Shown here in pieces: positions 12,728 through 26,693 of a stretch of 64,000 nt of DNA; the first letter of the stretch is position 1, and every line of letters begins with the position of its first letter. The notes under the pieces are model-generated. The model saw nothing but the letters and a program-made list of their open reading frames with translations, did not search any database and was not told the origin of the DNA. Origin of the DNA: Octopus vulgaris (Eukaryota); NCBI GenBank assembly GCA_951406725.2, contig OX597837.1, forward strand, positions 20,832,001 to 20,896,000, in the 5' to 3' direction. The translations under genes and the position numbers were made by a program.

Positions 12728-13040
12728 GGTGCGAGACTTAGTGATTAGCGTAATCGACTCACAATCGTGAGTTCAATTCCTAGCGACATGTTGTGTCCTT
12801 GAGCAAGACACTTTATTTTACTTTGCTCATATCCATTCAGCTGGCAGAAATTAGTAGAACCTGTATTTTAAAGGGTCAGCTTTGTTACACTCTGTGTCAC
12901 ACTGAATCTCCATGAGAATTTATGCTAAGGGTACAATTGTCTGTGGAGCGCTCAGTCACTTGCTCGTTAATTTCACTAGCAGGCTGTTTGCATTGATCGT
13001 ATCAGCTGGAACCCTCATTGTAGTAATCGACGAAGTGCCA
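12728..13040 (+). mobile_element. SINE family C
   Basis: tRNA-like head, TGTGTCCTTGAGCAAGACACTTTATTT core, tail CTGGAACCCTC...GACGAAGTGCC. Confidence 0.8.
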
Positions 13041-13614
13041 AGTAACGCTCAGTCCGAGCGATACACATCACATTTTGTGTACTTTGTGGAAGAGAGATCT
13101 GTTAGTCAATATTCATGGAAGACACGATTATTATGGTGGGAAGTTTGGGATGTCAAGAGCCCAAAAGTGTTGGCTTTTCAGCGCTTCGTAGACATAGATT
13201 CTAAATAGATTCCCCTCTAGTGAGTTATCGCGAATGTATATCTTTTTTAAAGCCGAAATAACTCACTGAAATTTGAATTGAATAGGTTTATCTAGATTTC
13301 ACTCTGTTTTGTTAAAGACGTTGGCGAATTTGAAAGATTAAACAAATGGATTTTAAGCGCTCAATTGAAGAATGGAAACGAACGCGAAGACCGGGGTTTC
13401 GATCCCTGGTCATGAACCTGCTGTATATCTCCTACAATACCTTCCTTCTAGTGAGCTAGTCATTAAAAAAATTAAACGAAATATGAAAAGTTATAATTGC
13501 TCAACGGGGAGGAAGTTACACTCATGGAACAGATATAGCGAAACCTTAAATGTAAAGGGGTGTTGAGGTGGAGTTGTGACAGGAGACTGTAAAATGCTAG
13601 TATTTACATGCTAG

Positions 13615-13950
13615 CACATGGCTCAGTGGTTCGAGCGTCGGGTTCACAATCATGAGATAGTTAGTTCCATTCCGAGACGAGCTGTGTTAGGTTGTATTCT
13701 TGAACAAAACACTTTATTTCACGTTGCTCCAGTTCACTCAGCTGTAGAAATGAGTTGCGACATCACGGAGCCAAGATGTATCGGCATTTTCCTTTCCCTT
13801 GGATAACATCGATGGCGTGGAGAGAGGAGGCTGGTATGCATGGGCGACTGCTGGTCTTCTATAAACAACCTTGCCCGGACTTGTGCCTCGGAGGAACTTT
13901 CCAGGTGCAATTCCATGATCATTCATGACCGAAAGAGTTTTTTTTTTTTT
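13615..13950 (+). mobile_element. SINE family C variant with a different 3' tail
   Basis: A-box TGGCTCAGTGG, core ACACTTTATTTCACGTTGCTCCAG, distinct tail ending CATGACCGAAAGAG. Confidence 0.75.
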
Positions 13951-14174
13951 TTACCACAAGTTGCATAGAAATACAGATAACAGAATGGGGCAAGACTTGA
14001 AGGTATCTAACATCAAGGCATACAGAAATATAATCTCTACCGGGGATGGGGTGGAGAAAGAATGCCTTAGAGGCACTTTAACTCGACTAGTACCTGTCAA
14101 ATAGGCAGTTAGTATCCACTTACCTACGAAATAATCAGTGATCATTTTGCAAACAGCTGTTTTTGTCAAACATA

Positions 14175-14620
14175 GGCGCAGGCATGGCTGTGTGATAAGA
14201 AGCTTGCTTCCCAAGCACATGGTTCCAGTTTCAGTCCCCCTGCGTGGCATCTTGGCAAGTGTCTTCTACTATTTCCTCGGACCAACCAAAGCCTTGCAAA
14301 TGGATTTGGATGTTGAAAAGTGAAAGAAACTCGTCGTGTGTGTGTGTGTGCATGTGTAGGGGATTATGCGTGTGTAGGGGGTTATGCGTGTGTGTCTTTG
14401 ATTCTGTGTTTTCCTTCCACCACCGCCGCTTGACAACCGATGTTGGTATGTTTACGCCTCCGTAACATGGTGGTTCGGTAAAAGATACCGACAGAATAAG
14501 TACCAGGCTTAACAAAAAGAATAAGCCCTGGGGTCGATTCTTTCGACTAAAATGTCTTCAAGGCGGTACTCCAGTTTCGCCGCAGTCTAATGACTGAAAC
14601 AAGTAAAGAATAAAAAAGAA
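14175..14620 (+). mobile_element. SINE family A, full length
   Basis: Family head, internal microsatellite and tail. Confidence 0.85.
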
Positions 14621-14851
14621 AAGATTAAAGACATCGAACAACCAAGTTGGGTCGACCCCTCTAATCTCATTTCGTCTGCTGTGTTGATAAGCATCCGCGC
14701 ATGCGGAAATGAGCAGCTGAGTTTAAAAACATCCGGATTTTAAAAACATCCAGCGAAGAAATTTTGGGGTGGGAGATTAAATAAAACAGAAGTGGTTTGC
14801 GTATTCGAGATGCCTGCTCTCCAATATCTTCCACTTTTAAACTGTTTATAT

Positions 14852-15177
14852 TCTTGGTTCTCAACCACTTTTTGTCTGCTTCTGAACCCTTTTTTACTTA
14901 TTGACCCCTTTGATTACTATTTTACTCTGGTGGACCCCCATAACCATTTGATTCCTATTTAGCTTTTCCCACATTAATTTGTGTTGGTTGAATTATGTAA
15001 AATGTCAGAGAAAGAAAACTTGCTGTTTCTTACAATAAACACATCGAAATCAAAACTTTTTTCATGGACTCTTAAAATACTACTGTGCACTTCCAGTTTA
15101 GTATTTTGCTTGCATGGTCCCCAAAAAGTCTAATATGGACCACCAGGGGTCACATGAACCCCAGTTGAGAATCACTG
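14852..15177. mobile_element. hAT-type MITE
   Basis: Ends TGGTTCTCAAC / GTTGAGAATCACTG; 8-bp flanks GTTTATAT and GTTTATAA fit a hAT TSD. Confidence 0.75.
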
Positions 15178-15499
15178 GTTTATAACGGTTAATTACCAAT
15201 TCAGAACATCTCCAATCCGCATGGTTTTTATTGTTTACCCTATGTATGCATGTATGCCTCTGTGAGGGCGCGTGGCCTGGTGGTTAGAGTGTTGCTGTCA
15301 TGGTGGCGAGATCTTGCTTTCGTGGAGTGAGAGAGAGTGAGAGAGAGAATAATATACTGCTAAACGAGGGAAAATTTGAACTTATGCACTACCAAAATCA
15401 AGAGTGAAGGAGAAAAACCCCGAGGAAAAAAAAAACTTACCTCAAAGTTTTTCTTTATCCTTACCTGCCTGCATTCTTTCCTGAGTGGTTGGTTGCATT

Positions 15500-15990
<491 letters not shown>

Positions 15991-16106
15991 ATTGTTGACC
16001 TTCCGTTGCACTGCTAGCTGCTTTTTTTTGTTTTTGTTTTTGAAGATATGTTTTTTTACCACTCCGTAGGAAATTACAAAACAATGATTATGTGGAATGC
16101 GAAAAC

Positions 16107-16398
16107 GCCTAGCTTCGTGGTTAGGGTATTCGACTCACGCTGCATAGGTTCAAATCCAGGCGACGAGTTGTGTCCTTGAGCAAGACTCTTTATTTCACGT
16201 TGCTCCTGTCCACTCAGCTTGCAAAAATGAGTTGTACCTGTACTGCAAAGGGCCAGTCTCGTCACATTGTATGTCACGTTGAATTTCTCTGAGAACTACG
16301 TTAAGGGTATACGTGTCTGTGGAGTGCTCAACCACCTGCACTTTAATTTCAGGTGCGCAGGCTGTTCTGTTGATCGGACCAACTGGAACCCTTGTCGC
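16107..16398 (+). mobile_element. SINE family C
   Basis: Head GTGGTTAGGGTATTCGACTCAC, core and tail as at 12728. Confidence 0.85.
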
Positions 16399-16772
16399 GG
16401 ACTCCGTCGGTTACGACGACGAGGGTTCCAGTTGATCCGATCAACGGAACAGCCTGCTCATAAAATTAACGTGCAAGTGGCTGAACACTCCACAGACATG
16501 TGTACCCTTAATGTAGTTCTTGGGGAGATTCAACGTGACACAGTGTGACAAGGCTGGCCCTTTGAAATACAGGTACAACAGAAACAGGAAAAAAGATTAA
16601 GAGAAAGTTGTGGTAAAAGTGTACAGCAGGGTTCACCATCATCCCCTGCCAGAGTCTCGTGGAGCTTTAGATGTTTTCGCTCAATAAACACTAACAACGC
16701 CCGGTCTGGGAATCGAAACCGCGATCCTACGAGCGCCAATCCACTGCCCTAACTATTGGGCGATTGCGCCCA
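16399..16772 (-). mobile_element. tRNA-derived SINE sharing the family C tail but with a different head and body
   Basis: Minus strand B-box GGTTTCGATTCCC; 3' ~175 nt complementary to the tail of the adjacent plus copy. Confidence 0.8.
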
Positions 16773-17009
16773 CACGTATATATATAAAAAGGAAATATAA
16801 TTTATGGTCTACCTCCACGCCACCACACACTCAATAACACTATGAAATGGTCAAAACTGAAATTCTTTTTCCCCAAGATCTGAGATCCCCCTACCTTGGA
16901 GTAAGCATGCTGTCCAGCAGAGTAAAAAAATTCTTTTCTTCTTCTTCCTTCTCCCTTCCCCTTTGTTTCTTTAGCACTCGTTCCAAATACAAAAGCACAC
17001 ACACCTGAG

Positions 17010-17045
<36 letters not shown>

Positions 17046-17047
17046 TG

Positions 17048-17079
<32 letters not shown>

Positions 17080-17353
17080 TTCTCCTCATCCATCACCCTC
17101 TTGTACTGTCTTATATTCCTCCCAGCCACTACAAACTCAATACCACTATAAAATGGTCAAAACTTTTCACACAGGAACTTAGTTTGATTTGAAAACCCCA
17201 CTAGAATGGGAGAAAGCGCTAATACATGATCTAAGTTATATAATGTATAAAAACATGTAATATACAAATAAATATCTGTAAATACAAACCATCCGATTTT
17301 CTGAGTACCTCATTTCTTCTAATATAAAATACCTGTACATCATATCCAAACCT

Positions 17354-17390
<37 letters not shown>

Positions 17391-17832
17391 CCTCCGTCCG
17401 CGAGTCCGCTGCCCTAACCACTGGGCCATTGCGCCTCCACCATGAGGAACGAAGCAATTACAAATTACAAACAAATGAAAGAAAAAAGATGCCTTGACAG
17501 GCCTTGAATATTGGAATCGTCAGAAAAACACTCGGACTTTATAAACTTGAAACCTGCTTTGCCCTCTACAATTTGGCAAATATACTAACAACATTGTCCA
17601 AATGATCTTACATCTAATTTAGAAAAATCATCCTCTCCTGGAATCCTTTGCCACACGCATGCTCCTATACTAATCAGGTGCACATCGCATAAACACATTA
17701 AGATATAGCTATTTAACGTCATCTAGCCTACTTTTGTTTAACACTCTGCAGTACAAGAAGCCGGCGAACGGCAGGGTCGTTAGTTTGCTGGGTAAAATGC
17801 TAAGTGACATTTCGTCCATCTTTACGTTCTGA

Positions 17833-18177
17833 TACAGTTCTATAACTAAGAGATGAGGAATTATGTACATTGTTTACATTTGACGGATATTTGTCCTCAT
17901 CTTGTTTGTTGTTAACAAGTTTTAGTGGATATACCTTCCAACCTTTTTTCAGGTGTCTTGGGGAAATTTCGAATCTGGGTTCTCATTCCTAAAGTTAGTA
18001 GCCCGCGCTCTTAACCACTACGCCGTATGCCCACGGGCATATGGTGCAGCGGTTATCCCAGGTTCGAAATTTCCCCAAGACACCTGATGAAGGCTGGAGG
18101 ATATATCAGCCGAAACGTTGTGTTAACAACAAACAAGATGAGGACAAATATCCGTCAAATGTAAATGATGTAAATAA
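17833..18177. mobile_element. tRNA-headed hammerhead element as an inverted dimer, inserted in a family B SINE
   Basis: Arms 17859-17979 / 18057-18179; TTTACGTTCTGA duplicated at 17821-17832 and 18178-18189. Confidence 0.8.
18079..18124 (+). ncRNA. Type I minimal hammerhead ribozyme motif
   Basis: GACAC-CTGATGA-A-GGCTG(GAGGATATAT)CAGCC-GAAACGT-T-GTGTT; palindromic ACGT stem III, GUU site. Confidence 0.75.
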
Positions 18178-18362
18178 TTTACGTTCTGAGTTCAAATCCC
18201 GCCGCCGTTGACTTTGCCTTTTCATTCGGTCGGTGTCGGTAAAATAATAAAATAAGTAAGTACCCGTTGAGTGTTGGGGGTCGATGTAATCGACTAGCCC
18301 CACCTCTCCCAATCGCGCTGGCCTTGTTCCAAAATTTAAAGCATTTATTATTATTATTATTA

Positions 18363-19165
<803 letters not shown>

Positions 19166-19169
19166 GCTA

Positions 19170-19388
19170 AGGCGGTGAGCTGGCAGAATCGTTAGGACGC
19201 CGGGCAAGATGCTTAGCAGTGTTTGGTTCCTCTTTATGTTCTGAGTTCAAATTCCACCGAGGTTGACTTTCCTTTTAATCCTTTCTGGGTCGATAAGATA
19301 AGGATCAGTTGAATACTGGGGTCGATGTATTCCACTCATCCACCCCCAGCCCGAAATTGCTGGCCTTGGTGCTAAAATTTGAAATAAA

Positions 19389-19425
<37 letters not shown>

Positions 19426-20070
19426 GCTAAGGCGGTGAACTAGCAGAAATGTTAGTACGCCGGGCGAAATGCGTAGCCGTATTTCGTCTGCCGTTACGTT
19501 CTGGGTTCAAATTCCGCCGAGGTCGTCTTTGCCTTTCATCCTTTCGGGGTCGATTAAATAAGTACTAGTTACGCACTGGGGTCGATATAATCGACTTAAT
19601 CTGTGTGTCTGTCCTTGTTTGTCCTCTCTGCGTTTAGTCCCTAGTGGGTAGTAAAGAAATAGGGCTGCCGCTACGTTCTGAGTTCAAATTCCGCCGAGGT
19701 CGACTTTGCCTTTCATCCTTTCGGAGTCGATAAATTAAGTATCAATGGAGTGCTGGGATCGATGTAATCGACTTAATCCCTTCCACCAAATTTCAGGCCT
19801 TGTGCATATAGCAGAAAGGATTATTGTTGTTGTTGTTGTTGTTGTTGTTGTGTTTAAGGTGGCGAGTTGGCAGAATCGTTAGCGCGCCTAGCAAAATATT
19901 TAGCAACAATTCGTCCGTCTTTATGTTCTGAGTTCAAATTCCGCCGAAGTCGACTTTGCCTTTTATCTTCCCGGGGTCGGTAGAATAACTAGCTGTTGAG
20001 TACCGGAGTCGATGCAATCACCGTAGCCCCTCCCCCGAACTAGCTGACCTCGTGCCAAAATTTGAAACCA
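19170..20070 (+). mobile_element. Cluster of family B SINEs separated by (ATT)n/(GTT)n
   Basis: Four repeats of GTTCTGAGTTCAAATTCCGCCGAGGTCGACTTTGCCTTTCATCCTTTCGGGGTCGAT-like core. Confidence 0.9.
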
Positions 20071-20317
20071 ATATTATCCCGGTACAAGTCAAAGAAGAAA
20101 ATACCTCGTAACCTTCAGACCATCCCAGAAAAATTTCTCCAAGGAATTCTAAACAAAACACCTATGTCTGGATATGCTTCGGTCAACAACAACACCAGTT
20201 TGACTGAACTACGGTGGTATAAATCACGACTATTTAACCGTAATTGGAAAAAGAAAATACACCGGGTGGTGTTATTAAAATAAATATGGCAAAGGCCAAA
20301 ACAGACCAAAGCATGTA

Positions 20318-20404
<87 letters not shown>

Positions 20405-20488
20405 ATGTTTATCTGTCTGTCTGTTTGTCTATCTGTCTGCTATCTATCTATCTGTCTGTGTTTCTGTCTGTTGGCTATCAATCAATCA

Positions 20489-20551
<63 letters not shown>

Positions 20552-20552
20552 G

Positions 20553-20626
<74 letters not shown>

Positions 20627-20706
20627 ATGTTTATCTGTCTGTCTGTTTGTCTATCTGTCTGCTATCTATCTATATGTCTGTGTTTCTGTCTGTCGGCTAT
20701 CAATCA

Positions 20707-20749
<43 letters not shown>

Positions 20750-21890
20750 GACCGAACTGCAGTCGTGGATCAAAAAGAGGCCGAGGAAGGGCGAATGGCA
20801 CCGCGAGTGTCGCGTTGCTCTCAAGCAACTCTGCCGTCCTGGGTCGACCTTAAGTGACTTCAACACAACCAAAGCATTCTATAGGGGTTTAGTGGAGGGG
20901 AGGTACGACGACGAGCTCGGGGCGAACCTGGACGTCGACGAGGAGTACCTGACCCGCCTGTTCAGGACGACTTTCGGGCCAGGGCCCATGGACAACTTCC
21001 AGAGATCCCTGGCCTGGCAGTGCTACCGAGAAGCGCTACCCGTTCGGGATAAGCTCTACAGACACGGCTCGAGAAACACGGGGCCGACCTGCCCGAGATG
21101 CGGTCAGAGCGACGAAACCGTTCTGCACGCACTCGTTCAGTGTCCAACAATTTCCGACCTGTGGGCTTATGTCGAACAACTGCTGTCACGTGTGGGACGA
21201 GTCGGTTTATCAGCTGAGTCTATCGTCAATATTGTCACGCCTCCTTCCTTCAAACGGGAAGGAAGAGCTATTTTCATCATCCTTGTGGCTATGGCGAAAG
21301 AATGTATCTGGTGGACGCGTCTGAAAGGATTGGAGACAAACACTTTCCTCTCTGGTCAATCTCTCATCAACTTCTTCAAGTACCACTTGAAAAGGAAAGT
21401 GAGAGTAGAGAGGCAAGTTTTGTCTAGCGAATGTTTTAAAAAAAGATGGGTGAATGTAGCAAGAATGGCACGTATGAATGACGAAGCCACCTTGAGCATA
21501 GTCCTATGAACCCAGAAATCGAAAACAGAGAGTTGCTTATTTGCAAAAAAAAAAAAAAAAAAGAAATATAAAATGTGACATCATTGACCGAGGTTACCGT
21601 GGTCTTTTCCGTAGGCTTTTCTTTGCACGGGTAAACCTCACCTGTCCTCCCCTTTACACTTCATATTGACATTTCTGTGATAACGATCCCTATTGATCAA
21701 TTTTTTTTCCTCCCCCCCTTTTTTTTAAACCCCCTTTTTTTTGTCCTCTTTCTCTCCTTTTACGATCCCTTTTGATCGAAACTCCCCCTTCCTTTTTTTT
21801 TTTTTTTTTTTTTCTTAAACCTTCAAAAGAAAAGCTCTACCTTGTAATTTGTTCTATCTGTGTGCAGCCCTGTGTGGCTAATAAAGAAAC
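20750..21890 (+). mobile_element. 5'-truncated L1/Tx1-type LINE inserted in (TATC)n
   Basis: Intact frame 20751-21509 with zf-RVT-type [18 protein letters not shown]; pyrimidine-rich 3' UTR ending AATAAAGAAAC; (TATC)n on both sides. Confidence 0.9.
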
Positions 21891-21891
21891 A

Positions 21892-21926
<35 letters not shown>

Positions 21927-21933
21927 ATATATA

Positions 21934-21964
<31 letters not shown>

Positions 21965-22044
21965 ATGTTTATCTGTCTGTCTGTTTGTCTATCTGTCTGC
22001 TATCTATCTATCTGTCTGTGTTTCTGTCTGTTGGCTATCAATCA

Positions 22045-22105
<61 letters not shown>

Positions 22106-22548
22106 CCAATTTTTGCCATCTACCTACTTATCTATCTATCTGTCTATCTATCTATTTATCTATCTACATGTATGTGTATACATGTGTGTATGCGTGTGTA
22201 AGCCTGTACATTTGTGTGCGTGTGTGTGTGTACATCCTTAAGCGCTCCCTTCGTTCAATCTCTGGAATTTGCCTATCCTCGGTACTGTAACGGCCCACCC
22301 TTCCCCTTTCCCCCTCCCTCCACACTGCCACTATGAACCGTGGCTGGAATTAGATCAGCTGACACACCCATGTGATGTCCGACGACTGTCAAAAAAAGAT
22401 GACACGTGACTTGGCTAGGTCATTATCTGTTCAAACAGCCTTGACTCAAATGTCACATGCAAGCCGAACCCTAAATTCCTGGCTCATCTTTCAGACAGTT
22501 TGACACTTGGGATTTAAAGGTTGGACCCTCCCCCATCATAGAGTAGTG

Positions 22549-22595
<47 letters not shown>

Positions 22596-23353
22596 TCACC
22601 AACACTACATCTGCAATCGTTTACCCGTTTTTTGTGTTAAGTTTGTACATTTCTAGTGTGTGGGTGTTTTGTATGCACGTGTGTAAGTATGCATGTGTGT
22701 ATGTATGTATGTATGTATGTATGTATGTATGTATTTATGTATGTATGTGTGTATGTATGTGTGTATGTATTTATGTATGTATGTGTGTATGTATGTGTGT
22801 ATGTATGTGTGTATGTATGCATGCATATATGTATGTATGTTTGTATGTATGTCTATGTATGTATGTAAGTATGCTTGCATGTATGTATATATATATATAT
22901 ATATATATGCATGTATGTATGCATGTATGTTTGTATGTATGTATGTATATATGTATGTATGTATGTGTGTGTGTATGTATGTATGTATGTATGTATGAAT
23001 GCTTGCACGTATGTATGTACATATGTATGTATATGAAAGCGTGTGTGTGTGAATGTTAATGTATAAGTATATGTCTATAGCTACTATCTAAGTGTGTGTG
23101 TGTATGTGTGTGCTCGCGTGTGTGTGTGTGTTTTACAGAATATGTATAATTGACGGGATGGTACTTATGTATCTAACCAACTATTTCTAGTTTATAACAT
23201 ATTTTGAACCTGTGATGTTTATAACATACATATTACTAATGTCTAGAAACAGCAGCTAATACGCAAATATCCCTCAAATCACTCCCTGTTTATTATAAAG
23301 GAAAGACACACTGGATTGTGTAGTTCGAACCACAATACCTGAAATAAATAGAA

Positions 23354-23940
23354 GGCGGCGAGCTGGCAGAATCGTTAAGACGCCGGCCAAAATGCTTAGA
23401 GACATTTCGTCCGTCTTTACGTTTTGAGTTCAAATTCTGCTGAGGCCCACTTTGCTTTTCATTCTTTCGATGTCGATAAAATAAGTACCAGTGAAACACT
23501 GGGGTAGATGGAATTGACTAGTCTCCACCCGAATATTTCAGGCCTTGGGCCTTTATTAGAAAGATCATTATTACTATTAAGGCGACGAGTTGGCAGAATT
23601 GTTAGGACACGGGCAAAATGCTTAGCGGTGTTTTGCCAGTCTTTACATTCTGTGTTCAAATTCCACTAAGGTTCACTTGGCCTTTTATAAATATATATAT
23701 ATTCTTTTTTTTTCGGGCTCGATAAAATAAGTACCAGCTGAATACTGGGATTGGTGTAACCGACTTTACCCTCTCCCCTGAAACTGCTGGTCTTGCGTCA
23801 AAATTTGAAAGCAATACGAATGTTAGAATTATGGCGGCGAACTGGCAGAATCGTTTGCACATCGGGCAAAAAGCGTAGGAGCATTTCTTCCGTCTTTACG
23901 TTCTGAGTTCAAATTCCTTATGTCAAAATTTGAAACCATT
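23354..23940 (+). mobile_element. Three tandem family B SINEs
   Basis: Heads GGCG(G/A)CGA(G/A)(C/T)TGGCAGAAT at 23354, 23581 and 23834. Confidence 0.85.
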
Positions 23941-24049
23941 ATTATAATCTTAATTTTTTTTTTTTTGAAAAATTGGAACGATGATTTTTTAAAGAGTTGT
24001 CTTTCTTTTTATTTCGCGTCAACGGTTTCAGAAACAAAGGACCAAACCA

Positions 24050-25700
24050 ACCCACCAGAGTCCGGAGGAGATCTAAAGGAAACCCTACAAAAGCACGATT
24101 ACCCTGACCACTAGAGCAAGTGCCCTCTCTCCAGCATCTCCACTCAATTTACAGGTGTATGCTCTGAGCAAGCTCGAACGCGGCTCTTCCGCAGAAAGCA
24201 AGTGAGCAGGTATTCCAGTCCAGTCTAACGTGAACCGGACAAAGCACGATCAGGCTTTAAAAAAATGTATTGGGGTCGATTCGACTGACTAAAATTCTTC
24301 GAAGTAGTACTCCAGCATGGTCTCAGTCTAATGACTGGTAAAAGTAAAAGACAAATGATAAAGATGCAATGAAGGTGAAGATGTCTGCGAATTCCGACAT
24401 AGGTCACAAATCTTGATTGCACGCAGGATACCTCTCAATGCCTCTAATTTCCGCAGCAGTGGCTCAAGAGTCAGTTTATGCAGAAGAGACGAGAGTGGCA
24501 ACTTTAACGGATCAAGTACATGGTACTGATCCATGTGAACCACCGAGCAGAGGTCGCTGGACATGGCGGCGATTCGACCGCGACACGCCGCCAAGGTAGG
24601 CATTGAAATACATCCTGCGTTCTAACTTCCCATTCTTCTCAGACAATCGACCAACGTGCTGCTGAAAAGCCGTACATGTCTGCTTGGGGTTGAGTAACAT
24701 GCACCCATTAAGGTCCAGCAAAGATAGTTGCCATGTTGTCCTTTTTGACGTTGAGAAGCTTTTGTCCCCTCGTGTCTTAGAGCACGCTCCTTAACTCTGA
24801 CAATGCAGCCTTCAGTCGAGGGTAAGTCTTGCTATGAGCTGCTTCTAAGGTTCAAACTTAGTCTCCGTCTATTCTTTTTTGACATCACTAAAATTGTTCG
24901 AATCCATTCTAATCACCCTTTTTCAGGGTGAACCACCATTTGTTTTTAACGGCTGCCTCTATCAGCGTCCGCTTAACTCACTCGCTAACTCGGTCTCTGT
25001 AAGCTTGGCACGCCGGGAGCAACGCATTCAGCTTTTAATAACTGGTTATCTGCGTACGAAGACTATCTAGGACAACTGTACAGAACACAAATGTGTGGCC
25101 TCTGTAACCGATGTTTTTAAAATGTGGACGACTTCTATGATCATCATCCTGTGTTTTTTACAGAATAGTCTATCTCCGTACAACGTAGATGGCCCAACGT
25201 GGTTTGTCCATGTTCACATTGGCTCATTCGGAAAATCCAGTTGGTACCTGTCAGACAACTGGAAACGTCTGAGCAAAACCGCGAGGCTTTTGCATCCTTT
25301 CTCATGTCATCTAACTCCACACAATCCAAACATACAGTCAAGATGGCGTCCGAATCGCCCACAGCACTAAAGGGCAGAAGATACCGAGTAAAACTTCCAA
25401 AACGTCCGAAGAGATGCAATTGTCACACCCCGGTCGGAAAAAAAAACAGCTACTAGTCTGAATGCACCCAAATCACAACTGCTTACATCCAGGAAGACCA
25501 CCTTGCCTTTCGGATTCAAGATGGACCGTATTGTGAAATACAGATCCTTCCGAAACAACACAGCAGCCCTGCCTCCCAATCTCGGTCTACTTGGAAATAA
25601 TTAAATCTCGCATCCACCGAAAATGGGCATGAAGGCTTGTTAATTGAAAACCCTGGTCTCACTGATAGCCAATGCGTCTGTGTCTAGTGACCTTTAAGGT
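24050..25700 (-). pseudogene. Degenerate L1/Tx1-type ORF2 (AP-endonuclease region and downstream)
   Basis: ALAISETR, GGRAAVLFRK, GKVVFLDV, FRLVAVF are APE-like motifs; many stops and frameshifts; SINE A tail inserted at ~24250-24360. Confidence 0.65.
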
Positions 25701-25863
25701 CGTTGAGCAGGTGTCTCTGCTTCTAAGGTGAATCGAGGCCAAGTACATTTGTACTGCTTATTCTGAGTCGACCATGATCGACAAAAGAGAATAAAGATGG
25801 AGAAAGGGAAAGGAATTAAATCCACATAACATAACTTACTAATATGGGTAGTAATATATATAA

Positions 25864-25925
<62 letters not shown>

Positions 25926-25989
25926 TTCACTGGATTTTTTCGTTCATGTAAATCGGCTCCAATCTGCCACGACTTTTGAACTCTTTGAA

Positions 25990-26222
25990 CTTTTTGAACT
26001 TGCTGAACTGTTATACTCTGTACGTTAATACTTTGTCCCTCTCTCTCTCTTCTTTTTTACACGTTTTGTTTTTCATTCTCTCTCTGTTTATTCCCCCTTA
26101 TTCTTTTCTGTTGAAGAGCGTAGGCGCGAAACGTAAAAGACTTTTCCATTTTACCAGAGCGTCAAACTAATACACTTGTTGTTCCTAGACCTGCCTTTGC
26201 CTTTTGTTTTTCTATAAATTTC

Positions 26223-26226
<4 letters not shown>
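25990..26226 (+). mobile_element. Family HH1 hammerhead element
   Basis: CTTTT-CTGTTGA-A-GAGCGTAGGCGC-GAAACGT-A-AAAGA at ~26103-26140; tail runs into (TA)n. Confidence 0.75.
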
Positions 26227-26288
<62 letters not shown>

Positions 26289-26588
26289 ATATATATATAT
26301 ATATATTTGTATGTATGTGTGTATGTATATGTTTGTATGTATACACAAACATACACAGACACACTTAATAGGTGGTACGGGAATTTTGAATAAGTTAAAA
26401 GTATGTTTGAAAGTGAGAAAAATTTCGATTTAAAATTGCATCATTAAGATGTGTGCGTATATGTGTGTGTGTGTATGCGTGCGTTTTGCCTGTGCATGTG
26501 TGCGTATATATGTGTATATGTGTGTGTATGTTTATATATACATATATATATGTATGTGTAAGTATATATATATATATATATATATATA

Positions 26589-26693
<105 letters not shown>

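Noticed and set aside
20244-20749. N-terminal half of the 421-aa ORF
   Set aside because: (TATC)n read-through in frame by chance; only 20751-21509 is LINE coding sequence
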